The position numbers and the translations under genes were made by a program. From the IMG/VR virus record IMGVR_UViG_3300009488_000018, positions 1-64,000 of that record: DNA of 64,000 nucleotides, one strand, 5' to 3'. This DNA is from a virus. Of the stretch, positions 38,984 to 49,284 are shown in pieces. Under the pieces are notes generated by a model, which did no database searches, had not been told where the DNA came from, and saw nothing but the letters and a program-made list of their open reading frames with translations. Positions within the stretch are counted from its first letter, which is position 1, and each line of letters starts with the position of its first letter.

Positions 38984-40359
38984 ATCGTTAGAACTCTTCC
39001 ATTATCTTCAAGTTTCGAAAATTCATCTTTACTAAGAAACTTGCTTACCAAGTATTCACAATATTCTTCATCCAAATTTGTTAAGATATCTAACGACTTT
39101 GCAATACTATATGATTTTATTCGTTGCTTTTTGGTTATCTTTCCACCGTTCAGGTTCTTAGTAATATCAATAACTGAGTTTGTAAACTCCTCTAAAAAAC
39201 CGTTCTCATAAAATATATATACCTTTTCTGCTGACTCTTTACAAATAGACTGTATCTCAGAGTATTGGTTCAACATATGTAACATAGTATATACTTTTAT
39301 CTCTTCAAAGAATGTCCCTGTTTCACTACTATAAATTCCGTCTTTTCCAACTTCTTTAAAATTAAATTTTCTAAAAAGTTGGTTCATTTCTTGAATATAT
39401 ATATCTACTACTTTTGTTCCACCTTTAAATCTCTTATCCAAATTAGTCGATTTAATATCTACTTTATGTATGATATTATTATCGAGTACATGGATATACC
39501 TTCCAACCATCAAACCTTTATAAAGACCTGACGAGTCATATGTTATATTAACTTCAATATTGTGTTTGTTTCGGATATGAATTTTGAAAAGCTCATAAAA
39601 GAAAACATCTCTAAAGGTTGCTCCACCAAGTATATGAAAATCTAAAGCATTTAAACCACTTCTTTTACATTCATTTAACAATATAACTAACGGGAGCACA
39701 TAAACAATACATGGAATTGCTAAATCACCAGCTAAATTAGCAACCATTCCTCCAACACCAAAATGATTAAACTTCGAGAATAAGTCATACTCTCGTAAAA
39801 GTTTTAAAAATATTTCCCACAATCTAGGTGTTCGAAAGTGGTGAATATAAATGATCTTCTTTATAACATCTGGGCTCAACCCCGCTGCCTTAGTATAGGA
39901 CTCAATATTCATCTTTTCTACTTCATCAAAACTATCAAAAGCAACACAGTTCGGTCCAGGTATAAGATCTAAAATAAATGCTCTATCAAGAACTTCATGA
40001 TGTTCTTCTAAAAAGTCGTAGAACATTCTAAGAAGAAGTTTTGTTGTATCTTTAGCTAGACCAATAGAAACTTGGTATCCCCCAGAATCTGTAATAAGTA
40101 AAGAACCATCAAATAAACCAAACTCTCTACAATTCTTAAACAACGTAGCTTCTGATTTATTAAATTTAGAATAACTTCTTCTCATTGCAAAATTTTGTCC
40201 ATAAGAATGGAGGAAACCAGAACATGTTTTTAAAAGGAAATCTGAAATATCTTCTCGAGAAAAATTACTCTCATACCGGTTTTTTGTATTTTTTATAAAG
40301 TTATTTATTATTGTGGCGAGAGTTTCAAAACCTGCTACTACATATCCAGACTGTGTCAT
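38980..40359 (-). CDS. TGT-fold (tRNA-guanine transglycosylase / DpdA-like) protein
   Basis: 'LITDSGGYQ', 'FILDLIP', 'FGVGG', 'FHILG', 'TYDSS' motifs in TGT order. Confidence 0.7.
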   Translation of the reverse strand: MTQSGYVVAGFETLATIINNFIKNTKNRYESNFSREDISDFLLKTCSGFLHSYGQNFAMRRSYSKFNKSEATLFKNCREFGLFDGSLLITDSGGYQVSIGLAKDTTKLLLRMFYDFLEEHHEVLDRAFILDLIPGPNCVAFDSFDEVEKMNIESYTKAAGLSPDVIKKIIYIHHFRTPRLWEIFLKLLREYDLFSKFNHFGVGGMVANLAGDLAIPCIVYVLPLVILLNECKRSGLNALDFHILGGATFRDVFFYELFKIHIRNKHNIEVNITYDSSGLYKGLMVGRYIHVLDNNIIHKVDIKSTNLDKRFKGGTKVVDIYIQEMNQLFRKFNFKEVGKDGIYSSETGTFFEEIKVYTMLHMLNQYSEIQSICKESAEKVYIFYENGFLEEFTNSVIDITKNLNGGKITKKQRIKSYSIAKSLDILTNLDEEYCEYLVSKFLSKDEFSKLEDNGRVLTI

Positions 40360-40361
40360 AA

Positions 40362-40601
40362 CTAAACTGTACCGCTTTCTGCATATGCTTTACTTTCTTC
40401 ATCGAGTATTTCTCCACATTTCTTACAAACCAAAACAGGAATCAGAAATCTCTGTTCATTACCATCTTTTGTGAGAAACGAAGAAAGTTTCTTGATTCTA
40501 AGAGCTTGGTCAAATATTTCATTACCACATTTACATTTCATATCTGGTAAATTGTCTAGACTCATCCCAGGTGGTAATGATGGAATATCTTGTCCATTCA
40601 T
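40362..40601 (-). CDS. Small zinc-ribbon protein
   Basis: CKCGNEIF...VLVCKKCG. Confidence 0.65.
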   Translation of the reverse strand: MNGQDIPSLPPGMSLDNLPDMKCKCGNEIFDQALRIKKLSSFLTKDGNEQRFLIPVLVCKKCGEILDEESKAYAESGTV

Positions 40602-41431
40602 TTCTGTTCTCCCTCTATTAATAATATATCCTCTTTCATCCTCAAAACTTTTGCTATATCAAAACAATGATCATAGAGATGAAGACCTTTGCTCGATGCA
40701 ACCATTTCACCATCTCCAACACCTATACTCTCGGCCATATACTCCTTCAATAATTGGATAGAAGCCAAATTAGCGGGAAATCCACTCCACAGGTCCCATG
40801 ACCTAAAATATACAAAGAAATGTAGTTTATTATCTTGTATTCTTGTATCTATCTGTCGTAAACAGGGTGGGTCTTTTATTAACATATCAGAAGGGTGAGC
40901 TACTTGAAGAGTTATTTGATTATTTCTAAATCCAGACTTCTTATATCTCCAAATCGCATACTCGATTTGGTTTAGAAATGTAGGAGAACTGTATCTAGGA
41001 CCACTAGAAATTATCTCTTCATTATCCCACAAGTCTGATTCAATATGGTAAATAGGTTCTTGACGACAATTTACAATATCTTCTTCTATTCTTGCTAGGT
41101 AACTTTCTGGAATCTCGTATTTTGTAAGTCTTTGACCATAAGTATATGACTCATTCTCCTCCATATATGAAGTCAGCAAATAAGGAAGATATTTATCTAA
41201 GTAGTCATTAGATACTGGATTCGGAATTCCATAATGGCCAGGAATTTGTGGGAGAAGAGGTTTAGTCCCAGGATATCGAATATAAATAGTTACATAATCA
41301 AACTCAAGTCTTTTTTTACCAGAGTATGATCCCTTATCAATTGTAAAAACCTTACCTTTCTCAAGTGCTGTATAAACACATTGAAACCAAGCATCTGGTA
41401 AGTCTCTAGCGACAATATTCACTAGTTCCAT
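40598..41431 (-). CDS. thyA: Thymidylate synthase (ThyA family)
   Basis: YTYGQRL, catalytic DPPCL, FRSWDLWSGFPANL, LHLY; true start at MELVN because the longer ORF runs into a tRNA. Confidence 0.8.
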   Translation of the reverse strand: MELVNIVARDLPDAWFQCVYTALEKGKVFTIDKGSYSGKKRLEFDYVTIYIRYPGTKPLLPQIPGHYGIPNPVSNDYLDKYLPYLLTSYMEENESYTYGQRLTKYEIPESYLARIEEDIVNCRQEPIYHIESDLWDNEEIISSGPRYSSPTFLNQIEYAIWRYKKSGFRNNQITLQVAHPSDMLIKDPPCLRQIDTRIQDNKLHFFVYFRSWDLWSGFPANLASIQLLKEYMAESIGVGDGEMVASSKGLHLYDHCFDIAKVLRMKEDILLIEGEQK

Positions 41432-41455
41432 ATTAATTCTCCTTTTCTCGTTTAG

Positions 41456-41528
41456 TAGCACCGGATGGTCTTGAACCATCGACCTCACGATTATCGGTCG
41501 TGCGCTCTACCAACTGAGCTACGGCGCT
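41456..41528 (-). tRNA. tRNA-Ile(GAT)
   Basis: Cloverleaf; CACGA-CCGATAA-TCGTG. Confidence 0.88.
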
Positions 41529-41537
41529 TTATATCCT

Positions 41538-41717
41538 TTACCATTCAAACACTGTAGCGTGAAAAAGTTTCATTATTTGTTTAGCTACTTCTTCTGAGTT
41601 ACTATCATTTTTCTTTGCTTCTACTATAATGTTTTTAATTTCTTCTAACATCGTCTCTTCTAGATCTTTTCCATTCTTATAACATCTATCCACAAAATCA
41701 CTATAGTCTTTATTCAT
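41538..41717 (-). CDS. Hypothetical protein
   Basis: AGGAG RBS, between two tRNAs. Confidence 0.5.
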   Translation of the reverse strand: MNKDYSDFVDRCYKNGKDLEETMLEEIKNIIVEAKKNDSNSEEVAKQIMKLFHATVFEW

Positions 41718-41743
41718 TTCCACTCCTTTCAACCTTCAAACTT

Positions 41744-41819
41744 TGGAGCGGGCGACAGGAGTCGAACCTGCAGCTTTCGGGTTGGAAGCCCGCTACTCTA
41801 CCATTAAAGTTACACCCGC
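41744..41819 (-). tRNA. tRNA-Gly(TCC)
   Basis: GCGGGTG/CGCCCGC acceptor, CTTCCAA loop, GTTCGA, encoded CCA. Confidence 0.85.
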
Positions 41820-41822
41820 TAA

Positions 41823-42125
41823 TTATTTTTTAATAGATGTTACTGTCGCTTTTTGTCTTTCTTCTAAAATACCATATACTTCGGGATAACCCAAAACTTT
41901 CATGGTCCTATTATCAATTAACATTACTTGGCCACCGAATTTCGCAAACAGAATAATATCTCCCTCTTTGATTGTAGGAACTTCTTCACCAACAGAAAGG
42001 ACACGACCATATCCTTGTGGGTCTTTCTCAGCAGTAGCTGGTATAATAATTCCTCCTTCTGTTTTCTCGTCCTGTTTTAGGACCTCCACAACTATTTTGT
42101 CTTTTACTGCTTTAACAAATTTCAT
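41823..42125 (-). CDS. groES: Co-chaperonin GroES (Cpn10)
   Basis: DKIVV...EKTEGGIIIP.TA...G.VLSVG...K.GD.ILFAKFGG. Confidence 0.9.
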   Translation of the reverse strand: MKFVKAVKDKIVVEVLKQDEKTEGGIIIPATAEKDPQGYGRVLSVGEEVPTIKEGDIILFAKFGGQVMLIDNRTMKVLGYPEVYGILEERQKATVTSIKK

Positions 42126-42427
42126 TTACTTTTCTCCTTTATTCTAAGTTCATCCTCTTCTATAATCCTTAAAGGTGAAAATTCTTCAGATTCAAAAACT
42201 TCTTTTCCTACAAAGATTTTAGGAATTCTATATCGTTCTATTTTACTACCATCTTCAAAATAAGCAAACTGATCATCCAACCTTGCTATCTTTTGTATCC
42301 TCATATTGACTGTAGGAATTGGGTAGACGCTACTTCCTGGTTTTGTATCCTCTAGTAGACGCGCAGGATATTGTACTAATACAGGATTACCAATGCTAAG
42401 ATGAAGTGCTATTTTTATCTTCTCCAT
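42122..42427 (-). CDS. Hypothetical protein
   Basis: Overlapping start and stop with neighbours. Confidence 0.55.
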   Translation of the reverse strand: MEKIKIALHLSIGNPVLVQYPARLLEDTKPGSSVYPIPTVNMRIQKIARLDDQFAYFEDGSKIERYRIPKIFVGKEVFESEEFSPLRIIEEDELRIKEKSK

Positions 42428-42660
42428 TTCTTCCCCTCCTTTAAAAGTCTTTCTTCTTCTCTTATTCGTCGTCTTCTGGCAATCTCTTTCTTCTTTTTCT
42501 TCTTTATACTAGGTTTTTCAAAAAACATCCTCTCTCGCATTTCTAAACTTAAACCACTTCTCGTATATTTCTTCTTAAATCTCCTTAATAATTCATGTAA
42601 ACTTTCACCTGGCCGAGTAACTACAGAGATACCTTCTTCATATTGACGTCGATAATACAT
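42415..42660 (-). CDS. rpsU: Ribosomal protein bS21 homolog
   Basis: V..RPGESL..LLRRFKKK..RSGL..EMRER.FFEKPS.KKK.K...ARRR. Confidence 0.85.
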   Translation of the reverse strand: MYYRRQYEEGISVVTRPGESLHELLRRFKKKYTRSGLSLEMRERMFFEKPSIKKKKKKEIARRRRIREEERLLKEGKKWRR

Positions 42661-42680
42661 TTTTAGAATTCACCTCCATT

Positions 42681-43358
42681 CTAAACAAAACCATAAATTA
42701 TATGTGATCTTGTAGAAAAGTTGAACTTATATTTTTCACAGGCATTAAATACTTTACCAGCTCGTTCAATAAGTTCTTCTCTTGTACTCCCTTCTGGCAT
42801 AAGATAAACTCGATGATATTCGTTACTATAACCACAGAGAGACGATAACATCTCTAAATAAGTATGTATTAAATCGACATCTTCATATACTATCTTAAAA
42901 TAAACACTTCGAAAAGAGAGAAAATCCTTTGTCTTAGTAATTGCTAATTCTAAGTCTTCCTCACTAAAGATTTTTGGCGAATAGATAAATTTTATAGATT
43001 TTTTTAAGTCAACTCGACTAATTAGTCCTTCAAGATTATAACCGTTTGTTTCGACATTAGCTATTAGATAATTAAGTTCATTTAAAATTGCTACTGAATC
43101 ATCTATATGTTTCCCAACAGTAGGTTCTCCACCAGTAACAAGAATACCTACTTTTTTCTGGTCTATAATATCCTGAAGTTCTTGTAACGAATAATTGGCT
43201 TCATTAGAAATTCGCATCTTGACTTTCGTATCACACCATGGACAGTCTAAATTACAAGTCTTACAACGCAGAATTACCATCGCCCGTCCTAAATCTGGAC
43301 CCTCACCTTGAAAACTACAAAAATTCTCAATTAAACGAACTTCTGTATTCACTATCAT
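42681..43358 (-). CDS. queE: 7-carboxy-7-deazaguanine synthase (QueE-like radical SAM)
   Basis: F.SFQGEG, CNLDCPWCDT, VTGGEP, VETNG, SPK, LMPEG, R.H. Confidence 0.85.
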   Translation of the reverse strand: MIVNTEVRLIENFCSFQGEGPDLGRAMVILRCKTCNLDCPWCDTKVKMRISNEANYSLQELQDIIDQKKVGILVTGGEPTVGKHIDDSVAILNELNYLIANVETNGYNLEGLISRVDLKKSIKFIYSPKIFSEEDLELAITKTKDFLSFRSVYFKIVYEDVDLIHTYLEMLSSLCGYSNEYHRVYLMPEGSTREELIERAGKVFNACEKYKFNFSTRSHIIYGFV

Positions 43359-43381
43359 CCTCCTATAATTTAATATTTGTT

Positions 43382-46300
43382 CTAAAACGTTAAAATCTTT
43401 TCTCTAGTTTCCATTATTGGTTTTAATAATTGCTCATATCTATCTTGCCAAACAAACTTATACATTAACTTTGTATCTGGAACAAAATAATCTGGAAGTC
43501 TTAACTCTTCATCTGGCAAACAAATTACGTCTAATTTTTTCCCTTCACTTAAAAACTCTTTTTCATACTTCTTAACAACATCTTCTGGTGCTTTTAAAAC
43601 ATCAATTCCTTTTGTCTTAAAAAGATATCCCCGATCACCGGGACTAAAGGCTTCATACATTAACTTATTCCAGTTAATACATCCTCTAACATTCTGTGGA
43701 ATTACTTTATAACTTTCAACTTTTTTAGTGAACGCAGCTGGTTTTCCAACTGACTTATTCCCCTCTTCAATCAACTTAATAACCTCTTTTCCTTTTCTTT
43801 CAACAAACTTATTAATTGTTATTAATGAAAACCTCTCATTCTTTAAGATAATATCAAGAAGTTCAACTAAAAATTCTTTAGTTACTGAAGGAAAATCTGA
43901 CCTTTTAATTTCCATCCCCATATAAATTACATCATCGGTTCTTCTTCCTTCCTGAGAAATTACATTAATTATATACCTTTTCTTAGCCAGAAACAATCCT
44001 CGTCTGATAACTAACTCATTCTTCAACTCGAGTCTGTTTCTTTCTGGAGGAACATTATGACTCAAAACTAACTTCTGAATAATATCCTCATTTAAATGTT
44101 TTTGTATCTCAACGCAAAACTTATTTATCTCTAATATTTTGTCGTCTTCTGACCGATCTCCGTCTTTAATCAAGCTGTCCAAAATAGCGAACAAAGAATC
44201 TGTATCCCCAGTTATTACATTCTCAGTATACCTACTTATGTCACCAAACATCTCTTGTTTAGTTATCTTCTCTGGTTTAATATAGGGATTCCCTTTTAGT
44301 TTGTCAATAAATGCATTCCCTTCAAGAATCGATGCTTTAATAGCTTCTTGACCAGAAAGAGTAATAGTCCTTCCCGTATCAATATTAAAAAATCTAAAAA
44401 CGTTATTACCAAGAACTCCATATAATGCGTTCGCAAAGATCTTAAAAACTTGTTGTTTATTATCATAAATAGACTTCAAGTTCTCGTCACCTAATTGTTT
44501 AGCCTCAAACATCTTTTGTTTAAACTCTCTCCTAGACGATAAGAGAATATCGAGAACTTCGCTATAAATAGATAACTCATTCTCATGTGCTTTAAAGAAA
44601 CAACCGTTTATTGTAGATATTAACTTACATTCTTCAATTTTCTTTAATAACTGTTCTTTAGTTATTTCAACTTCTTTTTTCGAATAAGCTGGATCAATTA
44701 CCATAGTAAACTTTTCAGGAAGGTTATCAATATCATAAATGAGATCATATCCATGTGTGTAATCTTTGAACTTCATTACAAATGTGTTAATTCCAATATT
44801 ATAAGTTATAATTAAACTTGGATACAAAGAAGTAAAATCAAAATCGACAATGTTATTATGAACACCTACAATTGGTTCTTTTACAAACGCACCTTCAAAT
44901 TGTTCTTTCTTCTCATGAATGTTTGCATTCTTTGACGCAATTCCCCTTTCTTTTAAGAATGATATTACCAGAGAATCTAACATTCCCATGTTACTCGTAG
45001 AACCTTTAAAACTATTCTTACTTATCTTCTTAATCTCATTCTGTAACAAAATATGTTGTAGTTTCTTCTCTAAGTCCACTAACAATGTAACGTCTCGCCG
45101 GTTATATTTAATAGATTTATTCACATCAGATCTGTACATCTCTGAAAAGTTACTTCCAGTATCTAACTTTTCCTTATTAATTTCAAGCTTCGCAATTGTT
45201 CCAAGTCGATAATTTTCTCTCTTTGTATATGTAAAGTTTCTATATAAAATCAATTGGTCTAAAGTAACAAAACCAAATATATCAGCATAATTCTGTATTA
45301 AGTCTATCGAAACTTCTCCAAACTTTGACATACTTTCTGATCTAAGACCTATTTTAGGACATCGATTATGAATATATGGGAGGTCAAATCCATTAGAGTT
45401 CCAACCACAAATAAAATCTGGATCTAACTTCTTGAAATTCTTGATAAAACTGTTAACCAGTTCCTTTTCTGTTTTAAAAACAATAACCGAACCTTTGTCT
45501 ATATCTATATCAGCTGCGTTAGGATTCTTCAACAGAATTTTATTGTCTAATACATAGCTTACAAGTTCACCATGATAGTAATATGAAATCATACATATGG
45601 TATGTCTTGCTTCCTCTGGGTGTGGAAATCCTTTCTCTTCTGAATAAGTTTCAATATCAAGAAAAAAGATATTAAGATCAATTTCAGGTGCTTCGTTCTT
45701 TGTTTGAAGGTAATAATCTTGAGCATGTTTCGTAGTTATTTTCTCATCTCCCTCATAAGTAATATCTGAGTCTAACATAATTTTCTGTTTATATGGAATT
45801 TTAACTTGTACTAAGTCGTCATACTTAACGAAATGTCTTGACTCAACTTTACTTCCTTTCGGAACTTGATAACAATAATAATCATCTTTTTCTTTATGAT
45901 AAACTTTATTATTTTCTTTGTCTCTAAAAATATATAAAACATCTCTAGTTCTACCTAAATACTGAATATCTACTAACCTATATTTGTCAGTATAGAACTC
46001 CTCAGGAATCTTATAGTAATGCACTCCTTTTTTGTTTAAAACTTTTGCTCCACCACTTTCTTTTATATCGACTTTCGTTCCTAAAATCTCAGCTACTGTT
46101 TTCATATCATCTGAAAATCTCTGTTCAAAAGAGGGATTACGATTTACAAAACTTGGGTGGACTGTCAAGAAGATATCGAAGTTATTCCATTTATAAATAT
46201 TCCCTCTTAAGTTAGTAACTCCAGATTTAGCAATTCCAAAAGCACTCATCGGAACTGTACCCATAGCTACAACTAGTTTGGGATTACATTGCTCTATAAA

Positions 46301-46633
46301 TTTGAAACAATTTTCTTTACAAATGTTAATTACTTCTTCTGTAGGATTACCAGTAGTTCCATCTTTATTTAAGGTTTGACAGAGAACAACATTTGTAAGA
46401 AGGTACTCAATTTTATTAAGACTGAACTGTCTAAAATATTTTCTAAATTTTTGTCCTGCTTTTCCAATTAACGGAACTCCCTTTTCAACTTCATCTTTCC
46501 CTGGATTCTCAGCTACAAAAACTACCTTAACCTTAGTCAAGTCATCCCTACAATTAGTTTCTAAAATACAAGAAGGTGAAAAAAGGAGGGAACAAACAGA
46601 GCAGTTAGCAAATGATTTCTTAATAGATTCCAA
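43382..46633 (-). CDS. Family B DNA polymerase with N-terminal uracil-DNA glycosylase (family 4/5-like) domain
   Basis: UDG: CSVCSL, AENPGKDE, PLIGKAG, TNVVLC, TVHPS. Exonuclease: LDIET, GWNSNGFD, YNRRD. Polymerase: DFTSLYPS, KIFANALYG, GDTDS, KKRY. Confidence 0.92.
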   Translation of the reverse strand: MESIKKSFANCSVCSLLFSPSCILETNCRDDLTKVKVVFVAENPGKDEVEKGVPLIGKAGQKFRKYFRQFSLNKIEYLLTNVVLCQTLNKDGTTGNPTEEVINICKENCFKFIEQCNPKLVVAMGTVPMSAFGIAKSGVTNLRGNIYKWNNFDIFLTVHPSFVNRNPSFEQRFSDDMKTVAEILGTKVDIKESGGAKVLNKKGVHYYKIPEEFYTDKYRLVDIQYLGRTRDVLYIFRDKENNKVYHKEKDDYYCYQVPKGSKVESRHFVKYDDLVQVKIPYKQKIMLDSDITYEGDEKITTKHAQDYYLQTKNEAPEIDLNIFFLDIETYSEEKGFPHPEEARHTICMISYYYHGELVSYVLDNKILLKNPNAADIDIDKGSVIVFKTEKELVNSFIKNFKKLDPDFICGWNSNGFDLPYIHNRCPKIGLRSESMSKFGEVSIDLIQNYADIFGFVTLDQLILYRNFTYTKRENYRLGTIAKLEINKEKLDTGSNFSEMYRSDVNKSIKYNRRDVTLLVDLEKKLQHILLQNEIKKISKNSFKGSTSNMGMLDSLVISFLKERGIASKNANIHEKKEQFEGAFVKEPIVGVHNNIVDFDFTSLYPSLIITYNIGINTFVMKFKDYTHGYDLIYDIDNLPEKFTMVIDPAYSKKEVEITKEQLLKKIEECKLISTINGCFFKAHENELSIYSEVLDILLSSRREFKQKMFEAKQLGDENLKSIYDNKQQVFKIFANALYGVLGNNVFRFFNIDTGRTITLSGQEAIKASILEGNAFIDKLKGNPYIKPEKITKQEMFGDISRYTENVITGDTDSLFAILDSLIKDGDRSEDDKILEINKFCVEIQKHLNEDIIQKLVLSHNVPPERNRLELKNELVIRRGLFLAKKRYIINVISQEGRRTDDVIYMGMEIKRSDFPSVTKEFLVELLDIILKNERFSLITINKFVERKGKEVIKLIEEGNKSVGKPAAFTKKVESYKVIPQNVRGCINWNKLMYEAFSPGDRGYLFKTKGIDVLKAPEDVVKKYEKEFLSEGKKLDVICLPDEELRLPDYFVPDTKLMYKFVWQDRYEQLLKPIMETREKILTF

Positions 46634-46770
46634 ATAGATACCTCCATTTTAGTTTTATTTTTTGTTCTACAAATATGAAATAATTTCTTAGTTATTTTCT
46701 TAGAAACTTTCTATATATATAAATAATTGATTAGAATAATTATTGTTTAAAACATTTAGGAGGTGGTAAA

Positions 46771-47202
46771 ATGAACCAAGAAATTCCAATTCCAGGAGCC
46801 AATCCAGTCTCAATTAGACAAGTTAAGAAACTTGCAGACCGACTTGCTTATTCAGAGATCCAGGTTCCAAAAATCGTCATGGACGAAACAATCCAATGGC
46901 AAGATATCATGCCAGAGTCTTACGGGGAAGACCAAGAAGGAAGATTCTTCTTGGTTACTCAACTTGTAACTACTATAACAACAGTTGAAACATTCAAAGA
47001 AGGAATATTCAAAGGAAAATCGATAACTTCCTTCGAACCAGTTTGTTTATGTATGTTCCAAAGATTTCCAGACAAGGAAGACTTCGTTGAATTTACATCA
47101 AACACAACAGGTCTTTTCTTCCGGTTGTCAATTAAATCTTTCAAAGAAATAGTTGACCAGTTAGACAAAGGCAAGGGACATACAGTTAACATTTATACCT
47201 AG
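46771..47202 (+). CDS. Hypothetical protein
   Basis: GGAGGT RBS. Confidence 0.65.
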   Translation: MNQEIPIPGANPVSIRQVKKLADRLAYSEIQVPKIVMDETIQWQDIMPESYGEDQEGRFFLVTQLVTTITTVETFKEGIFKGKSITSFEPVCLCMFQRFPDKEDFVEFTSNTTGLFFRLSIKSFKEIVDQLDKGKGHTVNIYT

Positions 47203-47295
47203 AAAACGGGTGGACTTCAGTCTAAGAAATACTAGACTTGTCCACCTATTTATTTGTCAAAACCCTTAATCTTCAAAAAGGAGGAACAATATGAA

Positions 47296-47919
47296 ATGAA
47301 AGAAGAACTTCTAAAAGCAACTGACCTCTTGGGACTTCAAATAGATTATAAAGATACTACGGTTCTCCAAACATACAAAAATATTTTTGAAGAAACCAAC
47401 AGAAAGATTCAAAAAAAGAAACTTACAGAAGCAAAGAACTTAATAATCCGCGACATTATTGAAAAGCAACTAACAGAACAGAACTTTTTTAGTATAGAGG
47501 TTCCTCCGGACTTCAACCCTTGTGAATCATGCAAAGGAACAGGAGAAATTTACAGACTCGAAATTATAAAGATCGTAGATAAATGTAGTTATTGTAAAGG
47601 AAGTGGAACCTATACAGAACCCTGTAAGCGATGTAACGGTACTGGTCTAATAGACAACAAGAAATGTCCTACCTGTAAAGGAACTAAAATATATGTACAT
47701 AAGAAGATGTTTCCAAAAAGACCCGAAGATAAAATATGTAGTCACTGTGAAGGATCAGGAGACGCAATTAAAATAATAAAAACAGGAAAGATCGACATAC
47801 ATACGACTTGTATTACATGCCGAGGAAGTGGAATGAAAAAAGTAAAACATAAACGAGGTCTTCCTCATCCAGTCATTACAACAGACATAGGAAAAATAAT
47901 CAAAAAGTTACTCCCGTAA
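47296..47919 (+). CDS. DnaJ-type CxxCxGxG zinc-finger repeat protein without a J domain
   Basis: Six CxxCxGxG/T motifs; no HPD. Confidence 0.7.
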   Translation: MKEELLKATDLLGLQIDYKDTTVLQTYKNIFEETNRKIQKKKLTEAKNLIIRDIIEKQLTEQNFFSIEVPPDFNPCESCKGTGEIYRLEIIKIVDKCSYCKGSGTYTEPCKRCNGTGLIDNKKCPTCKGTKIYVHKKMFPKRPEDKICSHCEGSGDAIKIIKTGKIDIHTTCITCRGSGMKKVKHKRGLPHPVITTDIGKIIKKLLP

Positions 47920-47923
47920 ACTC

Positions 47924-47969
47924 TTCTCTGTTATAAAGATCTCTTAACTCAGATCTTTATAACAGAGAA
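47924..47969. terminator. Perfect 19-bp inverted repeat at a convergent junction
   Basis: ttctctgttataaagatct-cttaactc-agatctttataacagagaa. Confidence 0.7.
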
Positions 47970-48464
47970 ATTTCTAGACAACAAATCTTGTAAAGAGATC
48001 TTCCCTTCATTTTTTTGTTCAACAGATGTCAACTTCTTTTTCTTTGGTTTATCAATCCCTAGAGAACTATAGATACGTTCAACATCTGGTGATTTCTCGA
48101 CTAGGTCACATAATAAACTAACATCATAATTTTTTATTATAGGTATTTTTGCTCTAAGAGAGTCAAACAATTTAGTATTTTTCTTATACTGAACAAAGGG
48201 TATGTTCTTCCTCTGAACCTTAAAATCTATAACACACTTTTTTATAAAGAAAAGGAGTTCTTCTTTATCTATATATCGAAGGTTTATATTATTAAAGTAA
48301 GAATCTAAATAGAAATTTAATGGTCCATTATTTAAGAATAATGAAATAACATAAGTTGAGGTAATTGGACTGTTATATTTTAGAATATCAGGAACCTTTT
48401 CTCCTCTTGGAATAGGAGATTTAATATCATTGTTAAAAAGCCATGAGAAAAATGTTTTATACAT
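47949..48464 (-). CDS. Hypothetical protein
   Basis: 171-aa ORF. Confidence 0.6.
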   Translation of the reverse strand: MYKTFFSWLFNNDIKSPIPRGEKVPDILKYNSPITSTYVISLFLNNGPLNFYLDSYFNNINLRYIDKEELLFFIKKCVIDFKVQRKNIPFVQYKKNTKLFDSLRAKIPIIKNYDVSLLCDLVEKSPDVERIYSSLGIDKPKKKKLTSVEQKNEGKISLQDLLSRNFSVIKI

Positions 48465-48476
48465 TCTAGAAAACCT

Positions 48477-49265
48477 TTATAACCCTCGTTTTATCCTTTC
48501 ATTAATCTCAAAAATAAGTCTCATTATTCGAGGATCATCATCAACTCTACTTCTCAAATCAACTAACAGTTTTTTCTCTAGTTCCCACTTAGTTATTAAA
48601 AGTCTCCGTACATTTAGTTCGTTTTTATCTTTGGAGTTCTCTATTGGAAACTGCAGAATTTGTTCTAAATCATATACCCTCTTTTCTTGTAAGTCAATTT
48701 CTTTATGTAGCTTATTATGGAAACCAGTTTGGACTACTTTAATACTTCCTACTTTATCCCAGAACTTATCTCTCGTATGATGTAGTATCCAATTATTTGC
48801 CAAGGTTGTTCTAAAAAGAAATTCAAGACCATGATAAATAATAAACGAAAAATTATGTCTCGCTAATCCAATATTCAATGAATTACTTCCTTTCGATGCT
48901 AATTCCATAAACGGCGACTTCCTTCCCTGAGCACTAAATCGTAACTTCATTTGACAAATCTTCGTATCATAACATGATTTCGGTCTTGGTAAAATGTTTC
49001 CAGAACATGTCCAACAATCGTCATAAATAATATAGTGATCTACTATTTTTTGAACTATCTTTTCTATATTATTTATATTATAGTTTATACTAAATAAATG
49101 GAAGGGTTCATATTTTCTATTATTAAAAAGATATTTTCCATACGGACTTATCTCTTTATAAAAACATATTAACTTCATTAGCATATCATAGTCTACTTTG
49201 TTCTCTCGTTGTAATTTTAATAGTCGTTTGAATTCTACAAGATCCGCTAGTGGCAGTTTCATCAT
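48477..49265 (-). CDS. Putative HNH-like endonuclease
   Basis: 'WILHH...D....IKVV..GFHNKLH' degenerate HNH pattern. Confidence 0.4.
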   Translation of the reverse strand: MMKLPLADLVEFKRLLKLQRENKVDYDMLMKLICFYKEISPYGKYLFNNRKYEPFHLFSINYNINNIEKIVQKIVDHYIIYDDCWTCSGNILPRPKSCYDTKICQMKLRFSAQGRKSPFMELASKGSNSLNIGLARHNFSFIIYHGLEFLFRTTLANNWILHHTRDKFWDKVGSIKVVQTGFHNKLHKEIDLQEKRVYDLEQILQFPIENSKDKNELNVRRLLITKWELEKKLLVDLRSRVDDDPRIMRLIFEINERIKRGL

Positions 49266-49284
49266 TCTACATCCTCCAAAACAC

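Noticed and set aside
47296-47919. DnaJ chaperone
   Set aside because: Only the CxxCxGxG repeats are present; there is no J domain or HPD motif.
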